A stretch of 64,000 nt of DNA from Candidatus Kapaibacterium sp. (GCA_035539855.1 DATLHO010000017.1:13291-77290); one strand, 5' to 3'; positions 1 through 9,531 are shown, counted from the stretch's first letter. Program-made: numbers and translations. Notes: generated by a model not told the origin, from the letters alone.

Positions 1-2
1 AG

Positions 3-2555
3 ATGCTGGACACCCTGCGCGGCTTCGCATCGATCGATCCGAGAACCGGCAGCAGGATCTGGTTCGTCCGAACCATTGACGGCGGCAGGTCATGGATCGA
101 CGTCGACACCAACGGCACGTCCTTCCACTTCCTCGACTCGCTCGAAGGGTTCAGGCACGCCTACAAGTCATTCAATGAACCGCGTCTGATGCTCACGACG
201 AATGCCGGAAGCACGTGGGCGGTCGCGGATACGACGATCGTGAACAGTTGGGCGTTGCAGTTCCCGACGCCGAATGTCGGATATGGTCTGATCTGGGGAC
301 GCGCGACTCGCGGCGATCACGGAGCCCGGCTCGCGCGGACGACCGACAGAGGGCGATCGTGGAAGGCTCTTTCGCTCGCGCAGTTCTCGAAGGGCGACAC
401 GACGGCGCAGTCGGATTTCACGCTCTACCGGCCCACGTTCCCGAGCGCGGCGATCGGCTACGGATTCAGCCAGGGCTCGATCTTTCGAACGATGGACTCG
501 GGCACGACGTGGACGAAGCTTGGCAGGTCGTGGGAAAGCGCAATCGACGCGAAGATGCCGATCGAGTATCGACATCTGCACTTCATCGACGACACCACGG
601 GCTACCTCGCCGGTGTCTGCTACGACTTTGGCGATGACATGTCGCTCGGCAAGACGTTTGTCGTGCGAACGAACGATGGAGGTGCGAGCTGGACGGCGCT
701 GCGCCACAACGGCAAGCGCAACATGCCGGATGTCTATCAGGCTACGATTCATGCTCCGGTGCCTGGTGTTGCGTACATCAGAACCGACGAGGTCGCAGGG
801 CGCAATCGCCTCTACAAAAGTGAGTGCGTCGAAGCCGTGTCGGGTTTCATGACGGCCGGACCGCTCCTCTTCAAGGAGGGTGACTCCGCAACGATCGTCG
901 CGCGCGAAGGCTCGACGTACGAGTGGACGACGGGCGAGACGACGCGCGCGATCAAGGTGCGCTACAGCGGTCGCTACGGCGTCCGGATCATGCTCCCGAA
1001 TCACTGCGCGATCTATGACACGATGATCGTCACGGTCGCGCCGATGGTGCGCGCGACTGGGCTTGTACAGCGCGAGTGCACCATGGATTGTGCCGGCGCA
1101 ACGGTGAATCCTGCGGTCGCACGCGCCGCCATCAACGGTTTCTGCGACGACCGCGTTACGGTCCGACAGTACCTGCTGCCGTCGCTGCAGGAAGCCCTGC
1201 TCAGTGAAGTGACGGGATGGAAGGATCCGAGCGTGCGCGGCAGCGCGATCGACGACAGCCGCGCGACCTACATGCTCGTGCAGATCGACACGTTCACGGC
1301 GCGGCTCGTCAAGCTGGCTCCGACGGTGAGCGTCGCGTGGTCGGAAGAGTTTGTGATGATGCCGCTCGCCGGAAGCTATTTCCTCGAGCTCGATCACGCG
1401 AACCGTCCGGTCGTCGCATTGTCGCAATGGAGCCCGCAGCACCAGGCGTACTCCTCCACCGTGGTGCGCTTCACGGCGGATGGCGCCGTGGACTATCGCC
1501 ACGCCTACCAGCACGAGGTCCTCTCGACGGTTCTGCCCGCTGCTCTTCTCATCGCCGATGACAATGCTGTGCTCGTTCCCGTGACCATGTCGGGCGACGT
1601 CTTTATCCTCGAATATGCGCCGGACGGCACGCCGGTCGCGCCGCGCAGATACAGCTACTCCGACAAGAGCTTCGATATCGCGACCGGGCTGTCGCTGGCT
1701 CCCAACGGCGACGCGATCATCACCGCGATGTCGTATACCGACCGCGACTCGTTTGCCGTGGTGGCCGCGATTCGACGCGATGGAAGCGTCCGCTGGCAGA
1801 GCGCCGAGCGCGTCGCGCGCTTTTCGTCCAGCCGGCCACATGCAACGGGACTCGCCGATGGCGGGGCGATCGTTGTCATGCACGGCTCGAAGTACTCACC
1901 GGATACGCTCACGCCCTCCGTCACGCGCGTGGCCGTTGACGGCGGCGTCATCTGGCGCCGGCGCCTGGCGTCCGACACGTCGGATTATCAGGCACTGCGT
2001 CACCTCGATCGTGTGAGCGCATCGTATGTCGATGAGGGCGGGAACACCTACGTGAGCGGTGCAGCGCCTCCCTACGCGTACTGGACGATGCAATTCGACG
2101 CGGACGGAAACAAGCGATGGGAGATCCTCACCGATCTTGAGGGCACTCCACAGAAGATCGTGCCCGATGCCAACGGCGCGCTGTACATCGCCGTCGAGCG
2201 CGGCGTGCTATCCGGCTGCATGCTCCAGCGCCTCGAGCAGGCGGAGTATGTCTCGACGGTGAGACCGGAGTGGGAGGCCTCGCCCGAGTCGCCGACGCTT
2301 CGGGTCCATCCGATACCCGCGACCGATCTGTTGTCCCTGCACTTCCTGATGCTCGAAGCAGGCGAGGTCGCGATCAGCCTCTTCGATGCAGGCGGAAGGC
2401 GGGTCATCCAGCTTGCACCGCGCCTGCAGGCAGCAGGAGACGCGCGCAGGGACATCAGCACTCGCGAACTGACCTCGGGTGTGTACCTCGTTCGCGTCGA
2501 AGCTGGCCAGGTCGTTCATACGGCGCCGGTCGTGGTCTCTCGGGACAGCAGATAG
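3..2555 (+). CDS. Secreted BNR/Ycf48-like beta-propeller repeat protein with T9SS C-terminal sorting domain (5' partial)
   Basis: The ORF is open to the window edge. It carries repeated x-x-G-G-x-[ST]-W motifs (DGGRSWIDV, NAGSTWAV, TDRGRSWKAL, MDSGTTWTKL, NDGGASWTAL). The last ~80 aa resemble a Por/T9SS tail (ISLFDAGGRRV...LTSGVYLVRVEAG). Confidence 0.7.
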   Translation: MLDTLRGFASIDPRTGSRIWFVRTIDGGRSWIDVDTNGTSFHFLDSLEGFRHAYKSFNEPRLMLTTNAGSTWAVADTTIVNSWALQFPTPNVGYGLIWGRATRGDHGARLARTTDRGRSWKALSLAQFSKGDTTAQSDFTLYRPTFPSAAIGYGFSQGSIFRTMDSGTTWTKLGRSWESAIDAKMPIEYRHLHFIDDTTGYLAGVCYDFGDDMSLGKTFVVRTNDGGASWTALRHNGKRNMPDVYQATIHAPVPGVAYIRTDEVAGRNRLYKSECVEAVSGFMTAGPLLFKEGDSATIVAREGSTYEWTTGETTRAIKVRYSGRYGVRIMLPNHCAIYDTMIVTVAPMVRATGLVQRECTMDCAGATVNPAVARAAINGFCDDRVTVRQYLLPSLQEALLSEVTGWKDPSVRGSAIDDSRATYMLVQIDTFTARLVKLAPTVSVAWSEEFVMMPLAGSYFLELDHANRPVVALSQWSPQHQAYSSTVVRFTADGAVDYRHAYQHEVLSTVLPAALLIADDNAVLVPVTMSGDVFILEYAPDGTPVAPRRYSYSDKSFDIATGLSLAPNGDAIITAMSYTDRDSFAVVAAIRRDGSVRWQSAERVARFSSSRPHATGLADGGAIVVMHGSKYSPDTLTPSVTRVAVDGGVIWRRRLASDTSDYQALRHLDRVSASYVDEGGNTYVSGAAPPYAYWTMQFDADGNKRWEILTDLEGTPQKIVPDANGALYIAVERGVLSGCMLQRLEQAEYVSTVRPEWEASPESPTLRVHPIPATDLLSLHFLMLEAGEVAISLFDAGGRRVIQLAPRLQAAGDARRDISTRELTSGVYLVRVEAGQVVHTAPVVVSRDSR

Positions 2556-2631
2556 ACCGTCGTGACCCATGGTCACAGGGTCGCCCTCGCCGGCCCATCG
2601 GTCGACTCCTCTTTTCATCCGACGCTCCGCA

Positions 2632-3168
2632 ATGAAACCAACGCGCGCCGATCTCCTCGCCGCCGCCGACAAGCTCGTCGACGACGTCATCGCCGACGAC
2701 CTGCGCGTGCTCTTCTGCGGCATCAATCCCGGACTCTACACCGCGGCGGTGGGCCATCACTTCGCCCGTCCCGGCAATCGATTCTGGCCGACGCTGCATG
2801 CGGCAGGGTTCACGCCGCGGTTGTTCGCGCCGGACGAGGAGCGAGAGCTGCTCGCGCTGGGCTACGGCATCACCAACGTGGTCGCGCGCGCATCCGCGGC
2901 GGCCGACGAACTCTCGATCGCGGAACTGCGCTCCGGCGGCGCAGCGCTCGCGGCGAAGGTAGTGCGATTCCGTCCGTCGGTGCTCGCGGTGCTCGGCGTC
3001 GGCGCCTACCGCACGGCATTCGAGCGTCCGCGGGCACAGCTCGGCGAGCAGCCCGAGCGCATCGGCGGGACGCGCCTGTGGGTGCTGCCGAATCCGAGCG
3101 GACTCAACGCGCACTATCAGAAGGATGCGCTGGCCGAGCTCTTCCGGGAGCTGCGCGCGTCGGTTTAG
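2632..3168 (+). CDS. mug: G/U mismatch-specific uracil-DNA glycosylase (Mug family)
   Basis: Motifs LFCGINPG, GHHFARPGNRFW and LPNPSGLN are typical of Mug/TDG. I set the start at the internal ATG 2632 (MKPTRADLL) rather than the ORF-track start 2569. Confidence 0.85.
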   Translation: MKPTRADLLAAADKLVDDVIADDLRVLFCGINPGLYTAAVGHHFARPGNRFWPTLHAAGFTPRLFAPDEERELLALGYGITNVVARASAAADELSIAELRSGGAALAAKVVRFRPSVLAVLGVGAYRTAFERPRAQLGEQPERIGGTRLWVLPNPSGLNAHYQKDALAELFRELRASV

Positions 3169-3364
3169 AGCCGCCCGCGGTGTGTTGGTTCCGCGACCCC
3201 GGCGATGAGGCTACGTTAGCCGCCGCCGCGGTGTCCGATGTCGTGCGAAGCTCGGACGCTACGCTGATATCACGGTGACATGGGCGCGCCGGCCGGCGGA
3301 CATCTTTGTCGCCGGATTCGCGATCGAACGGTCGCGTCCCGTTCACACTCACCGGATTGATGTC

Positions 3365-4144
3365 ATGAACACCTTCCGCTCCCTCTCCGCACTCGCCCTC
3401 GCCGCTACGATCGGGCTCGCATCCTGCGACCTCCACGTTCCGACCTCGCTGGCCGTGAACCCGTTCGCGAAGACCACGCATCGCTCGATCCAGGAGTTCG
3501 TCGACGCCCAGGGAACGTACTGCTTCCCCGACGGTGCGGGCGGCTGCGTCCTGTTCGTTCCGCCGGTCGAGAACTACATCGGCTGGGGATCGCCGTCGCA
3601 GGACCGCAGCGTCTCGATGGACTACGCGGGCGTGGCCAACCGCCACATCGTCTCGGCCTCCGGCGGGACGGTGGACCTCGGCACGTCGTACGCCGGATCG
3701 ATCACCGAGAAGACGCTCGACGACGGCCGCGCGCTGGTCTCCGTCGACCTCAAGACGAAGAACGCGCTGACGTACGCCGTCGCGCCGATCGACGAGTTCG
3801 CCGACGGCACGCTGCTGTTCGGTAATCGCGCGCCCGCGGTGGCCGCCGGTGCGACGCCCGCGATGGGTGATTGCCACCTGACGTTCGACTTCATCCTCGC
3901 GCATCCGGGCGACCCGCTGCCGGACATGCTGCAGATCCTCGCGTTCCCGACGACGGGTCAGGAGGTGCGGCGACTGACGTTCGAGGGCTCCGCGAAGGGA
4001 CCGCTGCATGCGGCATTCGGCGTCGTCGAAGGAACCGCCGGCCGTCTGCAGGTGACGCAGATCGGCAACTTCCAGTCGAAGTCGAAGTCGCCGACGTGGG
4101 ATGGCTTCCCCGCGGAGCACGTCAACATCACCGTCGGCAATTGA
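3365..4144 (+). CDS. Hypothetical lipoprotein
   Basis: Signal peptide plus lipobox (MNTFRSLSALALAATIGLASC). I recognised no family. The start is taken at the internal ATG 3365. Confidence 0.6.
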   Translation: MNTFRSLSALALAATIGLASCDLHVPTSLAVNPFAKTTHRSIQEFVDAQGTYCFPDGAGGCVLFVPPVENYIGWGSPSQDRSVSMDYAGVANRHIVSASGGTVDLGTSYAGSITEKTLDDGRALVSVDLKTKNALTYAVAPIDEFADGTLLFGNRAPAVAAGATPAMGDCHLTFDFILAHPGDPLPDMLQILAFPTTGQEVRRLTFEGSAKGPLHAAFGVVEGTAGRLQVTQIGNFQSKSKSPTWDGFPAEHVNITVGN

Positions 4145-4164
4145 TCGACGTCGTGATGGGATCG

Positions 4165-4199
4165 GAAGAGGGACCGCCGGTGATCGGCGGTCCCTCTTC
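4165..4199 (+). terminator. Stem-loop downstream of the lipoprotein gene (putative terminator)
   Basis: Perfect 15-bp stem GAAGAGGGACCGCCG / CGGCGGTCCCTCTTC with a 5-nt loop, 20 nt after the stop. There is no T tract. Confidence 0.5.
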
Positions 4200-4338
4200 G
4201 TCGTAGCGGAACCACCGCTCGCTCAGCGCGTCCCAACACCGCGGACGACATGCTCGCCACCGTCGAAACACCGAATCCCTATTTTCCGTCCGCCTCCCGT
4301 TTCGATCTCGTTGCCGATTTCGCCACGAGCACGACACC

Positions 4339-7300
4339 GTGCACCAGACCAATCGCATGCGCACCGTACGTCCGCTCCTCCTGCTCCTGATTCTCGCGAC
4401 GACCATGCCCGCGCTCGCCCAGCGCCTGACGATCGCGCGACTCGACACGTCGAAGTATCCCACGATCACCGCGCTCGTCTATCCGCTCGACCGCGACGGC
4501 AGGCTCATCGAGGGACTCGACGAGGGAGACTTCCGCGTGCTCGAGAACGGCTCGCGTCGCGAGATCATTTCGATGCGCTGCTCGCCGCCACCGGCCGAGC
4601 AACCGCTGAGCTCGGTGCTCGCGATCGACGTCTCCGGCTCGATGGCCCACGGCGGTCGCGGCGGCGCACCGAACATGGAGCTCGCGCGCGCGGCCGCGGG
4701 CGCATGGATCGACGGACTGCCCGAGGGATCGGAGTCGGCGCTGACGATCTTCGATCACGGCAGCATGATCGTCCAGGACTTCACGAGCGATCGCGACATG
4801 CTCCGCGCCGGCGTGCTCGCGCTGACGCCCAACGGCGGCACCAACTACGACGCCGGCCTGCTGAAGCCTCCGTCGGGCGCGCTCGCGATCGCTGCGAAGG
4901 GCGCCAGTCGAAAGGTCGTGATCTTCCTCACCGACGGACGCGGTCGCGGCAGCGAGCGCGAGATCGTCGACGAGGCGCAGCGCATCGGCGCGACGATCTT
5001 CTGCGTGACGCTCGGAATGCCCGCGCCCGAGGTGCTCGTCAACATCGCGCGGCGCACCGGCGGCGAGGCCTACGAGAACGTGAGCTCGCTCGAGGAGGCG
5101 CGCGCGGTCTATCGTGCGATCCTCTTTCGAGCAAGCGGCGGCGATCCGTGCGAGATCACGTGGCGCAGCCTTCCGGCCTGCACCGTCGAGCGCGAGCTCT
5201 CGATAGAGATACCGTCGAGCGGCTTGAGCGCGACCGACGAGTACGAGGCGCCCGCGAGCTCGGTCGCGCGGCTCGACATCGAGCCGCCGGCGGTGAGCTT
5301 CGGCATGATGACCGCGGGATCGTCGCGCGAGATGACGGTGACGTTGACCGCGGTCAACCGCGACGTCACCGTCTCGAGCATCGCGCCGCTCGGTGCGACC
5401 GGCGGCTTCTCGCTCGTCGGAGCGTCGGCGCCGTTCACGCTGCGCAGCGGCGAGCGCCGCGCGCTGACGGTGCGCTTCGACGCGCCCGACTCGCTGTACC
5501 ACTTCGCACGCTGGCGCATCGACAACGACGCGTGCTTCGGCGGATCGCTCTTCGCCTCCGCCGGCATCGGTAATCCTCCGGCGCCGTCGATCCGCGTCGT
5601 GCATCCCAACGGCGGCGAGCGACTGCACGCCGGTGAGATCGCGGAGATCCTCTGGGACGGCGTGCGTCCGAGCGACACGGTGCGCATCGACTACAGCACC
5701 GACGCGGGCACGACGTGGCGTCCGGTCGCGTCGCGCGCGGGCGGACTCGCGCATCGCTGGCGCGTGCCGGCGACGCCGAGCGAGCGCTGCCTGATGCGCA
5801 TCGCCCAAGTGCCGCCCGGACCCTCGACGCGACGCGACGCTCTGCAGTACGTCGGACCCGGCGACTGGGTGATCGCGTCGGCGTTCAGTCCCGATGGCCG
5901 CCGCGTCGCCGCCGCGAGCTGGGACGGCACGGCGAGCATCTGGGACGTCGCGACCGGACGACGACTGCAGCGGCTCGTTGCCGGATCGAACCCGGCGAGC
6001 GGTGGCCGCGCGTCGCGCGTCTACCACGTCGAGTTCTCCGCCGACGGATCGCGCGTGCTCACCGCCGACGAAGGCAGCGCGGTGCGCGTGTGGGACGTCG
6101 CCAGCGGCCGGCCCGTCAGGACCTTCGACGCGAGCCGCGTCTACAACAAGCCGAACTCCGACAAGGCGGGGGAGGGCGATGTCACTCCCGAGCGCGTTCT
6201 CTCACCCGACGGACGGCGTGTCGCGCTGATGTTCAACTACGGTCGCGTGCAGTATGCAAGTCCGGCGGTGTTCGACGTCGACAGCGGGCGGCTGCTCTTC
6301 GAGATCCCGCAGCCCGCGGGCGTGCACTACCGCGACGTGACGTGGAGTCCCGACGGCGCGACGATCGCGGTCAGCGGCAGCGACAGCACCGTGACGATCC
6401 GGCGCGTTCCCACGGGCGAGGTCGTGCGCACGATCGCGGTCGGAGGCGAGGCCGAGGGAGCGACGTGGTCGCCCGACGGATCGCTGATCGCGACGCTCTC
6501 GCGCGAGGATCGCGGCATGGCCGACGTCTGGAACGTGCGCACGGGCGAGAAGGTCGTCGAGGTTCCGTTCGCATCGCACGGCCACCCGCGCGCGCTCTTC
6601 CATCCCGACGGATCTCGCCTGCTCGTCTGGGGCTACACCTCGACGCCGGGACCGCGGCTCGTCGATCTCTCGGGCGCCGTCGTGCAGGAGTACGATCAGG
6701 ACGGCGAGGGCTCCGTCGGCTACGCGACGTTCACTGCCGACGGGCGCTATGTCGCGACATCCAACGGATACACCATCAAGGTCTACGACACCGAGCAGGG
6801 GACGATCCTCAACGAGATCGAGATCGACGCGCAGGCATCGCACGCGGCGTTCTCGCCCGACGGCACGCGCATCGCCGGCGCGCTCGGCGACACGCTCGGC
6901 ATCTGGCCGTCGAACCGCATGGGACTGCAGCAGGATGTCTCCGACTCGCTCTGGGCGATCGTCGTCGAGACGAAGCCCGTGGCGATCGACGTGGACTTCG
7001 GGCGCCGCGCGGTCGGCGTGCCGGCGGACTCGGTCGTCGAGATGTACATCCGCAACGACGGCACGCGCGCGATGACCGTCGAGTCGATCCGCTTCGGCGG
7101 CGCCTCGGCGCGCGAGTACTCGCTCGTCAGCGGAATCCCTCCGTTCGCGGTCGGACCCGGCGAGGCACGCGCGGTCGAGTTCGAGTTCACGCCGGCGCGC
7201 GTTGGTCCGCGTCGTGCCTCGGTCGTCATCGAGGCCGGCGGCACAACGCTCGAGAAGGTCATCAGGGGCGAGGGCGTCGAGCCGCAACTGCGACTCGGGC

Positions 7301-8292
7301 TCTCCGAGGTGGATTTCGATTCGGTGGAAGTGGGCGACCGCCGCGACTCGCTCGTGACGGTGGCGATCGAGAACACGGGGGAAGTACCGGTCGACGTGAC
7401 GCGCGCCGTGATCGCAGGACCCGACTCGACGCAGTTCGAGATCGTCGACGGCGGCGGACCGTTCACGATCGCGCCGGGAGCATCGCATCCGATGACGCTC
7501 CGCTTCTCGCCGAACGAGCCCGGTCGCACCGCGACGCTGCTGCGCTTCGAGCACGCCGCGATCGGCGCCGATCGCGGCGCGTATCTGTATGGCGAAGGCA
7601 TCGGCCCCGAGCGCTATCCCGACCCGACGACCTTCCGGACGATCGTCACACCGAACGCGATCATCCCGAAGCGAGGACGCGTCGTCGCCGCGAGCTACGA
7701 CGTGTTCGGGCTGATGGCGGGCTACGTGCCGATCGACAACGTGATGGTGATGGCCGGCGGCGCCGTGCCGCTGCCCGACGACTGGGGCGGCGTCAACGGC
7801 ACGATGTACGCGGCATACGGCCTCGGCCTCAAGGCGGGCGTCGAGCTCATGCCGCGGCTGAACGTCGCCGGCGGTCTGATCTGGGGACGCAGCACCTACG
7901 ACAACGACGCGACGGCCGACTCGACCGAGTCGGTGATCACGACGCTCGCGCCGTTCGCCGCGATCAGCTACGGCGACGACGACAGCCGCATCTCCGCGAG
8001 CGCTGGCTACGCGATGAAGACGCACGAGATCATCGTCGCCGGCGAGATCGAGCGCAACGCGATGGTGCTCAGCCTCGGCGGCGACTACCGCATCGCCGAT
8101 CGCTGGAAAGTCTGTGCGGAAGTAATGACGATGGAATCGCTCGGCCACGTGCCGATCGCCGTGACCGCGCGCTGGTTCGGCCGCACCTGGGCCCTCGACG
8201 CGGGCCTCGCATACGTGGGGATCACGACCGGCGACGCCGAAGCGGCGGAGACGCCGGTGCTGCCGATGGTGTCGTGGGTGATGGTGTTTTGA
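4339..8292 (+). CDS. Giant secreted VWA-domain / WD40-repeat / Ig-like multi-domain protein with beta-barrel-like C-terminus
   Basis: Signal peptide (LLLLLILATTMPALAQ). VWA MIDAS motif DVSGSM with downstream TNYDAG and FLTDG. At least 7 WD40/PD40-like repeats (FSPDGRRVAAASWDGTASIWDVATGR and others). Several Ig-like modules (VDFG...V...F.P). The last ~200 aa have alternating beta-strand character and end in ...WVMVF. Confidence 0.8.
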   Translation: MHQTNRMRTVRPLLLLLILATTMPALAQRLTIARLDTSKYPTITALVYPLDRDGRLIEGLDEGDFRVLENGSRREIISMRCSPPPAEQPLSSVLAIDVSGSMAHGGRGGAPNMELARAAAGAWIDGLPEGSESALTIFDHGSMIVQDFTSDRDMLRAGVLALTPNGGTNYDAGLLKPPSGALAIAAKGASRKVVIFLTDGRGRGSEREIVDEAQRIGATIFCVTLGMPAPEVLVNIARRTGGEAYENVSSLEEARAVYRAILFRASGGDPCEITWRSLPACTVERELSIEIPSSGLSATDEYEAPASSVARLDIEPPAVSFGMMTAGSSREMTVTLTAVNRDVTVSSIAPLGATGGFSLVGASAPFTLRSGERRALTVRFDAPDSLYHFARWRIDNDACFGGSLFASAGIGNPPAPSIRVVHPNGGERLHAGEIAEILWDGVRPSDTVRIDYSTDAGTTWRPVASRAGGLAHRWRVPATPSERCLMRIAQVPPGPSTRRDALQYVGPGDWVIASAFSPDGRRVAAASWDGTASIWDVATGRRLQRLVAGSNPASGGRASRVYHVEFSADGSRVLTADEGSAVRVWDVASGRPVRTFDASRVYNKPNSDKAGEGDVTPERVLSPDGRRVALMFNYGRVQYASPAVFDVDSGRLLFEIPQPAGVHYRDVTWSPDGATIAVSGSDSTVTIRRVPTGEVVRTIAVGGEAEGATWSPDGSLIATLSREDRGMADVWNVRTGEKVVEVPFASHGHPRALFHPDGSRLLVWGYTSTPGPRLVDLSGAVVQEYDQDGEGSVGYATFTADGRYVATSNGYTIKVYDTEQGTILNEIEIDAQASHAAFSPDGTRIAGALGDTLGIWPSNRMGLQQDVSDSLWAIVVETKPVAIDVDFGRRAVGVPADSVVEMYIRNDGTRAMTVESIRFGGASAREYSLVSGIPPFAVGPGEARAVEFEFTPARVGPRRASVVIEAGGTTLEKVIRGEGVEPQLRLGLSEVDFDSVEVGDRRDSLVTVAIENTGEVPVDVTRAVIAGPDSTQFEIVDGGGPFTIAPGASHPMTLRFSPNEPGRTATLLRFEHAAIGADRGAYLYGEGIGPERYPDPTTFRTIVTPNAIIPKRGRVVAASYDVFGLMAGYVPIDNVMVMAGGAVPLPDDWGGVNGTMYAAYGLGLKAGVELMPRLNVAGGLIWGRSTYDNDATADSTESVITTLAPFAAISYGDDDSRISASAGYAMKTHEIIVAGEIERNAMVLSLGGDYRIADRWKVCAEVMTMESLGHVPIAVTARWFGRTWALDAGLAYVGITTGDAEAAETPVLPMVSWVMVF

Positions 8293-8330
8293 GGGGAGGG
8301 CTCATCTTCCCACCCCAGTGAGCGCGCCCC

Positions 8331-9016
8331 TGTCATCCCCAGAGGGGATCTTTCTTTGGGTGCGCCTCGCCGCATGTGGCGATAGGGCCACTGCGAATTC
8401 TTCTTTCGCGGCAGCCGCATGCGGCCGCATGCCGCTGCCCTCGCACAACCACACCGACCCACATGCGGTAGTCGCCTCGAAAGAAAGTTCCCCTTCGGGG
8501 ATGACAGAGACGCGCTGTACAGGGTCGAGGCGACGAAGCGCGCATAGCGCGCATCGTCGCCTCGACATCCCGGAAGCTCCCGCCTCTGTCATCCCCAACA
8601 GGGGATCTTTCTTTGGGTGCGCATCACCGTATGTGGCGATAGGGCCAATGCGAATTCTTCTTTCGCGGCAGCCGCATGCGGCTGCCCTCGCACTACCACA
8701 CCGACCCACATGCGGCAGTCGCATCGAAAGAAAGTTCCCCTTCGGGGATGACAGAGAGGCGCTGTTCAAAGTCGAGGCGACGAAGCGCGCCACGCGCGCA
8801 TCGTCGCCTCGACATCCCAGAAGCTCCCGCCCTTGTCATCCCCGGAGGGGATCTTTCTTAGGCTGCGCATCACCGCATGTGGCGAAAGGGCCACAGCGAA
8901 TTCTTCTTTCGCGGCAGCCGCTTGCCGCCGCATGCAGCCGCCCTCGCACTACCACACCGACCCACAAGCGGCAGTCGCACAGTAAGAGAGTTCCCCTTCG
9001 GGGATGACAGAGACGC
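8331..9016. repeat. Three tandem copies (~256, ~247 and ~183 bp) of a highly structured palindromic repeat
   Basis: Copies start at 8331, 8587 and 8834, each with TGTCATCCCC. Each holds a ~175-bp imperfect palindrome running from TGTCATCCCCNNNGGGGATCTTTCTTT to GAAAGAAAGTTCCCCTTCGGGGATGACAGA. The palindrome is centred on GGCAGCCGCATGCGGCTGCC (perfect in copy 2, 8667-8686). Copies 1 and 2 add a ~75-bp linker with a 13-bp-stem hairpin (8524-8566, 8771-8813). Confidence 0.9.
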
Positions 9017-9038
9017 CGCGTGGTTGAGGGGTGAAAAA

Positions 9039-9476
9039 CTACCCGACCCCATCCGTCGCCTGACCATTCCTCGCCTCGTCCTCGAGCACCGCGAATATCT
9101 CCGCGATGTTCGCGCGCAGCTCGTCGAGCTCGCGCTCGCTCCATTGCCGGTAGCCTTCGATGCCGCGATGGATGATCGCGTTCGAGGTCGGACGACTCTC
9201 GCCGCTGATCGCGTCGATGAGTGCTTCGGAGAAGGTCACCGCCTGATCCGCGTTGTAGCCGAACGAATCCTCGAGCGCCCCAACGACGAGCGCGTGCACC
9301 TGCGCGGGCTCGAGTCCCTGCCCCATGCCGGCGGCGAAGACCATCCCGAACGCGAACGTCGAGAGCACCTGCCGCCGCAGCTCCGTCGTCTCCTCGGGCT
9401 CGCCGATGGCGCCGAGAACGTCGGAGATCATCTGTCGGATCTGCAGGCGAAGGGTAGCGAGTGCTGGGTCGGTCAT
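9039..9476 (-). CDS. Hypothetical protein, likely co-transcribed with pncA-pncB
   Basis: Clean ORF directly downstream of pncB on the same strand. I prefer the ATG at 9476. A GTG at 9539 would overlap the pncB stop. No family recognised. Confidence 0.55.
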   Translation of the reverse strand: MTDPALATLRLQIRQMISDVLGAIGEPEETTELRRQVLSTFAFGMVFAAGMGQGLEPAQVHALVVGALEDSFGYNADQAVTFSEALIDAISGESRPTSNAIIHRGIEGYRQWSERELDELRANIAEIFAVLEDEARNGQATDGVG

Positions 9477-9531
9477 GGGTGTCGCGAGAGGCTTCGAAGG
9501 ATGTGTTGCTCGGAAGGTACGATCCGACGGT

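Noticed and set aside
4279-8321. Long ORFs 4279..6027(-), 6202..8148(-), 5715..8321(+) and 4101..5573(+) overlapping the VWA/WD40 gene
   Set aside because: They are antisense or off-frame ORFs with extreme Arg/Ala/Asp composition typical of GC-rich non-coding frames. The 4339..8292 frame has clear domain motifs.
8331-9016. Possible CRISPR array
   Set aside because: The units are ~250 bp and near-identical throughout, with no short repeat plus unique spacer organisation. No cas genes are in the window.
8302-9144. ORFs 8302..8793(-), 8318..9007(+), 8333..8554(-), 8676..8861(+), 8836..9144(-) and 8870..9067(-)
   Set aside because: All are translations of the tandem palindromic repeat in several frames and on both strands. 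They give periodic, near-identical peptide segments, so coding is implausible.
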